Shown in pieces: positions 59,023-64,000 of a stretch of DNA of 64,000 nt; the stretch's first letter is position 1, and each line of letters starts with the position of its first letter. The position numbers and the translations under genes are program-made. This DNA comes from Variovorax sp. (GTDB taxonomy: Bacteria; Pseudomonadota; Gammaproteobacteria; Burkholderiales; Burkholderiaceae_C): positions 45,388 to 109,387 of the forward strand of contig JANMDU010000058.1 in the NCBI GenBank assembly GCA_031376455.1, read 5' to 3'. Under the pieces are notes generated by a model. That model worked only from the letters and a program-made list of their open reading frames with translations. It made no database searches and was not told the DNA's origin.

Positions 59023-59346
59023 CTAGCCTTGCCACACGCCGTAGCCTTTGGCTTGGAGCCGAATCGCCAATTCGACCTCGATTTTCTTCGCCGTCACATG
59101 CGGCATCGGGTTGAGGTGTTCGTAGAGTTCGGGCATTAAGTGCAATCCGAAATCGGTGACGAATTTGTTGGCTTGAATGCCGGCTTTGTGTTTGTCAAAC
59201 CGCGTATCGGGATCGAGCCCCGTCATGCCGACATACACGAAGGGCTGGCCCATCACGTAATCGGGGTTGCAGCGACGAAATTTCCCGCTGTTCCACACAC
59301 GATCATCAAGTGCGATCACATAAACGTGAGACTGGCCGCGCGGCAT
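59023..59346 (-). CDS. Small GIY-YIG-like protein
   Basis: HVYVI...VYVGMTG..P..RF..H..G and a late E..L helix. Confidence 0.7.
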   Translation of the reverse strand: MPRGQSHVYVIALDDRVWNSGKFRRCNPDYVMGQPFVYVGMTGLDPDTRFDKHKAGIQANKFVTDFGLHLMPELYEHLNPMPHVTAKKIEVELAIRLQAKGYGVWQG

Positions 59347-59369
59347 ACTGTGCGCTATCAATGTTTTGT

Positions 59370-60284
59370 TTACGCGTTGCTTGTGCCGGCTTCGCCTCGT
59401 AGGCGCAGCGCGATCTCATACAGCGCATTGCGTGGCTCGCCTGTAATGTCCGCAGCTATTCTGACGGCGGTTTTGGTAGGTAGCTCAGGCAGCAGCAGTT
59501 TTAAGATGCGTTCACCTTCTCCTGCGATAGATTCAGAGGCTGCTTGCGGATGAATCGCCAAAGCAAATTCGCCGATGCAGCGATGCTTGTCTTGTGCGAG
59601 CCATGCAGCAAAAGTATTTGAAGGCATCGTGGCGAGCTGCTCAAATTGTTTGGTCAGCTCGCGGCCCACGGTGATAGGGCGCGCTCCCAATGCCGAAAGA
59701 GCTGTCGCTAGGGCTTCAATGCGATGCGGTGCTTCCAGCAACACAATGGCACGCGGCTCTGTGCTCAAGCGCTGAATCTGCGCTTCTCTCTCTTTGGCTT
59801 TGGACGATAAGAAGCCTTCAAAAACAAAACCACCTGCATCGCCAACAAGCCCCGCTGCGCTGATCAGCGCCGTGATGCTGCTCGCGCCGGGCAGCGGCAT
59901 CACGCGATAGCCTGCTGTATGCACAGCCGCAGCTAGGCGCGCACCGGGATCGCTCACAGCGGGCGTGCCCGCATCGCTGACGTAGGCCACGCGTTCACCA
60001 GCCTGCAGCTTGGCAATAACGCCTGCAGCCGCTTCGCGCTCGTTATGCTCATGCAGCGCCAGCAGTGGTTTTTGGATGCCATAAATGCCCAGCATGCCTT
60101 GCGTGTGACGCGTGTCTTCGCAGGCTACTTTGTCGACCATCCCCAACACATACAAAGCGCGCAGCGAAATATCAGCGAGATTGCCAATCGGTGTGGCAAT
60201 CATGTACAGCGTGCTTGCTGGATACAGCTGCGCACCAGCTGCAGAATGCGCAGCGGCCAAGGCGGGGGAAAAATCGGCTTTCAA
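59370..60284 (-). CDS. rsmI: 16S rRNA (cytidine1402-2'-O)-methyltransferase; probable TTG start 60284 (ORF open to 60311)
   Basis: ATPIGNLADIS.RA, CEDTR, SDAGTPAVSDPG, RELTK. Confidence 0.95.
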   Translation of the reverse strand: MKADFSPALAAAHSAAGAQLYPASTLYMIATPIGNLADISLRALYVLGMVDKVACEDTRHTQGMLGIYGIQKPLLALHEHNEREAAAGVIAKLQAGERVAYVSDAGTPAVSDPGARLAAAVHTAGYRVMPLPGASSITALISAAGLVGDAGGFVFEGFLSSKAKEREAQIQRLSTEPRAIVLLEAPHRIEALATALSALGARPITVGRELTKQFEQLATMPSNTFAAWLAQDKHRCIGEFALAIHPQAASESIAGEGERILKLLLPELPTKTAVRIAADITGEPRNALYEIALRLRGEAGTSNA

Positions 60285-60311
60285 GGTCTGCTTTCGCGGC
60301 ACAATCACCAC

Positions 60312-60755
60312 ATGGAATTATTCAAGAGCATAGCGGCAAAAGGGATGACAACAGCCGCCGCTGCCTCGTCTGCTTTTCCTGCACGATTGACCACGAAAGC
60401 TGTGGGAGACAGCGGCGAAGAACTGGCATTGCGCTTCCTGCTCAAAAATGGTTTGCAGCTCATTGCGCGCAATTTCAAAACGCCGGGACGCGGCGGCGGC
60501 GAGGTAGATCTGATCATGCGCGCAGCCGATAGCACGCTGGTCTTCGTGGAAGTGCGCCAGCGCAAGAGCGCAAGCCATGGCGGCGCAGCGGCCAGTATCG
60601 GCACACAGAAGAAGCGGCGCATTATCTATGCCGCGCAGCATTACATCAGCCATCTTGTGCGCATGCCGCCTTGCCGCTTTGATGTGATCGCGCTCCATGG
60701 CGAGGGCGCAGAGGCGAAGATAGACTGGCTGGTCGCAGCTTTTGATGCATCCTGA
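60312..60755 (+). CDS. yraN: YraN/UPF0102 family protein; start uncertain
   Basis: G..GE..A, RN, GEVDLI, FVEVR, RFDVI; synteny. Confidence 0.9.
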   Translation: MELFKSIAAKGMTTAAAASSAFPARLTTKAVGDSGEELALRFLLKNGLQLIARNFKTPGRGGGEVDLIMRAADSTLVFVEVRQRKSASHGGAAASIGTQKKRRIIYAAQHYISHLVRMPPCRFDVIALHGEGAEAKIDWLVAAFDAS

Positions 60756-60849
60756 TGCAAATATGGCGTAAAAATCTCAGTTTGCACCCACAAATACAAG
60801 AAACTCTGCTATCAATTTAGTATCATTGCGGCAAGACCAATTGCCTACC

Positions 60850-61455
60850 ATGCTCGAACAACGCATTGAAAAAAATTTCATCGACAGCGCCGACTTAACC
60901 TACCAAGCTGCACTGGTGTTAGGCAAACCGATCGCACAGGCCACCGAAGCGCTGCTCGCCTGCGTCACCAATGGTGGCAAGGTGCTGATCTGTGGCAATG
61001 GCGGTTCGGCTGCGCAGGCGCAGCACTTTGCCGCTGCGTTCGTTGGGTGCTATGAGCGCGAGCGCCCTGAACTTGCCGCGATTGCTTTGACGAGCGACAG
61101 CGCCATCTTCAATGCGATGAGCCATGACAATGGGTTCGAGCTGATTTTTGCGAGGCAACTGCGCGCCCTCGGTACGGGGGGCGATGTGCTCGTGGCACTC
61201 TCGGCCAGCGGTAATTGCGCCAATGTGATCAAAGCCATCGAAGTGGCGCAAGAGCGCGAGATGATCGTGATCGCGCTCACGGGAAGTCAAGACGGGAAAA
61301 TAGGCGGCAAGATCGGTGCGATGCTATCTGAGACGGATGTGCATATTTGTGTGCCGCATGCTCGCGCATCGCGGATTCAAGAGGTTCATCTGCTCGCGCT
61401 GCATTGCTTGTGCGACGGAGTAGATGCCATGTTGTTGGGTGATCAGGAGAATTGA
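60850..61455 (+). CDS. SIS-domain protein, GmhA/DiaA family
   Basis: CGNGGSA, IQEVH; lies between yraN and BON like E. coli diaA. Confidence 0.88.
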   Translation: MLEQRIEKNFIDSADLTYQAALVLGKPIAQATEALLACVTNGGKVLICGNGGSAAQAQHFAAAFVGCYERERPELAAIALTSDSAIFNAMSHDNGFELIFARQLRALGTGGDVLVALSASGNCANVIKAIEVAQEREMIVIALTGSQDGKIGGKIGAMLSETDVHICVPHARASRIQEVHLLALHCLCDGVDAMLLGDQEN

Positions 61456-62123
61456 TGAACACTATGAATTTAATAGCACGTCGCGCAGTATTAATGCCGG
61501 CTACTGCTCTAGTAGGATCATATTTATTGGCCGGCTGTGTACCTTTGGTGATAGGTGGCGCAGTCGTGGGTGGCACGCTTGTTGCCACAGATCGTCGAAC
61601 TTCCGGCGCGCAGTTGGAAGATGAGGGCATTGAGTTGCGCAGCACCAACCGCTTGCGTGAAGCTTTCATCGAACGGGTGCATATCAATGCCAACAGCTAC
61701 AACCGCCAAGTGTTGCTGACAGGCGAAGTACCCACAGAAGCCGATAAAGTGCGGGCGCAAGAGATCGTGAGTCGCGTGGAAAATGTACGCAGCATCGTCA
61801 ATGAACTCGCCGTCTTGGGCAACACATCCCTGACTTCGCGCTCCTCCGATTCGCTCGTCACGGGCCGCGTGAAAGCAGGCTTTGTGGACGCGAAAGATTT
61901 ATATGCCAACGCCTTTAAAGTCGTCACCGAGCGCGGCACGACATATCTGATGGGCCGCGTCTCTCAGCGAGAAGCCAACCGCGCTACTGATATCGCCCGT
62001 ACCACGCCCGGCGTACAACGCGTCGTGCGCGTGCTGGAGATCATCAGCGAAGAAGAGTTGCAGCGCGCGCTCCCGCAACCCGCTAAGCCAAGCACTTCTG
62101 CGCCCACGAATCCCTCCAATTAA
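61452..62123 (+). CDS. Dual-BON-domain lipoprotein (YraP/DolP-like)
   Basis: Lipobox LAGC; DRRTSG...D, VLLTGEV, YLMG.V. Confidence 0.9.
   Translation: MMNTMNLIARRAVLMPATALVGSYLLAGCVPLVIGGAVVGGTLVATDRRTSGAQLEDEGIELRSTNRLREAFIERVHINANSYNRQVLLTGEVPTEADKVRAQEIVSRVENVRSIVNELAVLGNTSLTSRSSDSLVTGRVKAGFVDAKDLYANAFKVVTERGTTYLMGRVSQREANRATDIARTTPGVQRVVRVLEIISEEELQRALPQPAKPSTSAPTNPSN
61461..61527 (-). repeat. Family-1 element, in-frame in the BON lipoprotein signal peptide
   Basis: actatgaatttaatagcacgtcgcgcagtattaatgccggctactgc. Confidence 0.75.
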
Positions 62124-62154
62124 CTGGCCTGAGCTATTGGCAAGGCGTCTTTAA

Positions 62155-62230
62155 GAACGCGCAAGACACACAAGATACCTTCTCGGTTTTTTCTGTGACT
62201 TCCGTGCAAATCTCCGTGATTTCCGTGTTC
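62155..62230. repeat. Family-2 palindromic element (CACGGAA type, left arm eroded)
   Basis: ...ttctgtgacttccgtgcaaatctccgtgatttccgtgttc. Confidence 0.78.
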
Positions 62231-62270
62231 TTCTGTTTGAATGAGTCGACCACTCATTTCGTACCTGACA

Positions 62271-62307
62271 TGTAACTCAATCACAGGCACAATGTAATTT
62301 GATTACT
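62271..62307. promoter_or_regulatory. Two candidate HexR sites
   Basis: TGTAAC-TCA-ATCACA and TGTAAT-TTG-ATTACT, 22 bp apart, upstream of pyk. Confidence 0.6.
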
Positions 62308-62336
62308 TCGCAGTGACTAGAAAGTTTGGAGACAAT

Positions 62337-63782
62337 ATGAAAGAACGCATTCCCACGCACGCTACAAAAATCGTAGCGACCATTGGTCCGGCATCATCGA
62401 CAGTTGAAATACTGGAGGCCATGATTCGCGCTAAGGTGAGTGTAGTTCGGCTCAATTTCAGCCACGGCACAGCGCAAGATCATATTGACAGAGCGCATAT
62501 GGTGCGCGAAGCCTCGCGTCGCGCAGGCCGTGTGGTCGCAATCATGGCCGATTTGCAAGGGCCGAAGATTCGTGTGGGAAAATTTGCGAACAGCAAAGTA
62601 CAGCTGCAAAACGGAGCGGCTTTTGTACTCGATGGAGATCGCACGGAGTTGGGCGATGTGACTGCAGTAGGCTTGGATTACAAAGAGCTGCCGCGCGAAG
62701 TCAAAAAAGGTGATGTGCTCTTGCTCAACGATGGCCTGATCGTGTTGGACGTGACAGCGATCAAAGGTGAAGCGGTGCATACCGTGGTGCGCCTCGGTGG
62801 CGAGTTGTCCAACAACAAAGGCATCAACAAACAAGGCGGCGGCTTGACAGCGCCCGCGCTGACCGCGAAAGACATGGAAGACATCCGCACCGCGATGAGC
62901 TTTCAGGCCGATTATGTGGCGGTGAGTTTCCCGAAGAATGCGACCGATATGGAGATGGCTAGGCAGTTGTGCAATGTGGCTGGCGCGGAGTTCAAACACA
63001 AACCTGGCCTCATTGCGAAGATCGAGCGGGCAGAAGCGATTCCGCACTTGGAGGCGATCTTGCGCGCGAGTGATGGCATCATGGTCGCGCGCGGTGATCT
63101 GGCAGTCGAAGTGGGCAACGCCGCTGTGCCCGCGCTGCAAAAGCGCATGATCAAAATGGCGCGCGAGATGGACAAAGTGGTCATCACCGCCACGCAAATG
63201 ATGGAAAGCATGATCACCAACCCCGTGCCCACGCGCGCCGAGGTCAGCGATGTGGCCAATGCTGTGCTCGATGGCACAGACGCCGTGATGCTCTCCGCCG
63301 AGACGGCTTCCGGAAAATTCCCACTGGAGACGGTGCAGGAGATGAGCCGCGTGTGTGAAGCGGCGGAAGCGGCGGAAGACGTCAAACTTGATGCAGACTT
63401 TACCGGCAAGACCTTTGATCGCATCGATCAATCGATTGCGATGGGCGCATTGTTTACCGCGCATCATCTCGGCGCAAAAGCCATCGTCGCGTTAACCGAC
63501 AGCGGCTCCACGCCACTGTGGATGAGCCGTGCGCGGATTCATATTCCGATTTATGCGCTCACACCAAAGATCAGCACGCAACGCAAAATGGCGCTGTATC
63601 GCAATGTGAGGCCGCTCTTTATGGAAACTGTCGTCGACAAAGACAGCGCGTTAGCCGCAGCAGAAGCGCATTTGAAAGCGCGCGGTATCGTGAAAACCGG
63701 CGATGTGTATGCAATCACCTGTGGCGAGCCCATGGGCGCGCCGGGCGGCACGAACATGCTGAAGATTTGTAGCGCGAGTTGA
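62337..63782 (+). CDS. pyk: Pyruvate kinase
   Basis: TKIVATIGP, RLNFSHG, DLQGPKIR, ARGDL, ATQMMESM, DAVMLS.ET. Confidence 0.97.
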   Translation: MKERIPTHATKIVATIGPASSTVEILEAMIRAKVSVVRLNFSHGTAQDHIDRAHMVREASRRAGRVVAIMADLQGPKIRVGKFANSKVQLQNGAAFVLDGDRTELGDVTAVGLDYKELPREVKKGDVLLLNDGLIVLDVTAIKGEAVHTVVRLGGELSNNKGINKQGGGLTAPALTAKDMEDIRTAMSFQADYVAVSFPKNATDMEMARQLCNVAGAEFKHKPGLIAKIERAEAIPHLEAILRASDGIMVARGDLAVEVGNAAVPALQKRMIKMAREMDKVVITATQMMESMITNPVPTRAEVSDVANAVLDGTDAVMLSAETASGKFPLETVQEMSRVCEAAEAAEDVKLDADFTGKTFDRIDQSIAMGALFTAHHLGAKAIVALTDSGSTPLWMSRARIHIPIYALTPKISTQRKMALYRNVRPLFMETVVDKDSALAAAEAHLKARGIVKTGDVYAITCGEPMGAPGGTNMLKICSAS

Positions 63783-64000
63783 GTCCTTAGGTCTCGCTCT
63801 GCGTCTTTTCTGAGCCCGCCATCGCCACGGCACACCCACCTCCGCAAATGTCCCCCAGCGGGGTTTTGGTGTTGCATCGCTTCGGTGAGAAGCTTGCCCC
63901 GCCTCCTCCTTTATTTTGCTGCGATGGATGCGCCGCGCCGATGGCTGCGAACGTATCTGTTAACTCTCTAGCAACGTAGCTCAAACGAAATAGCGTTTTC

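Noticed and set aside
60318-60360. YraN N-terminus KSIAAKGMTTA as a family-1 peptide
   Set aside because: DNA lacks the GCCGGC/TGCGC core and the palindromic end.
60807-60825. ctgctatcaatttagtatc, a family-1 right-end fragment
   Set aside because: Only ~18 nt match; it cannot be distinguished from chance or heavy decay.
63787-64000. Minus-strand ORF at the window end and a possible family-1 end fragment
   Set aside because: No recognisable motif and truncated by the window edge; cannot be assessed.

Overview
Chromosomal segment of a betaproteobacterium; Comamonadaceae-like is my inference from the porin, five Bug/TctC proteins and gene order. It holds about 60 mostly recognisable CDSs. These include corA (3' end), an rRNA pseudouridine synthase, a Crp regulator with an acyl-CoA ligase/Liv-type ABC cluster, and a 2-aminobenzoyl-CoA (abm-like) operon. 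Also present are a cfa/DUF1365/DUF3833 lipid-modification operon (furan fatty acid type), acetoacetate-CoA ligase, uvrA/ssb/ubiA/coq7, a porin, DUF1800/DUF1501, GDPD, rsmI-yraN-diaA/gmhA-BON and pyk. I found no rRNA, tRNA, CRISPR array, integrase or transposase. The most unusual signal is in the repeats. (1) A ~68-bp dispersed element ending in a GCTA-N9-TAGC-like palindrome occurs about 18 times. It lies between genes, overlaps stop codons and is inserted in-frame in about 11 genes (uvrA, ubiA, abmA, an acyl-CoA dehydrogenase, acetoacetate-CoA ligase and several signal peptides), read in four different frames. (2) A second family of seven ~80-140 bp intergenic palindromes is built from ~10-nt units. 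(3) Further REP-like hairpins occur, one of them inside a CDS. All repeat boundaries and alignments were made by eye and are approximate (+/- a few nt); nothing was computed or searched.
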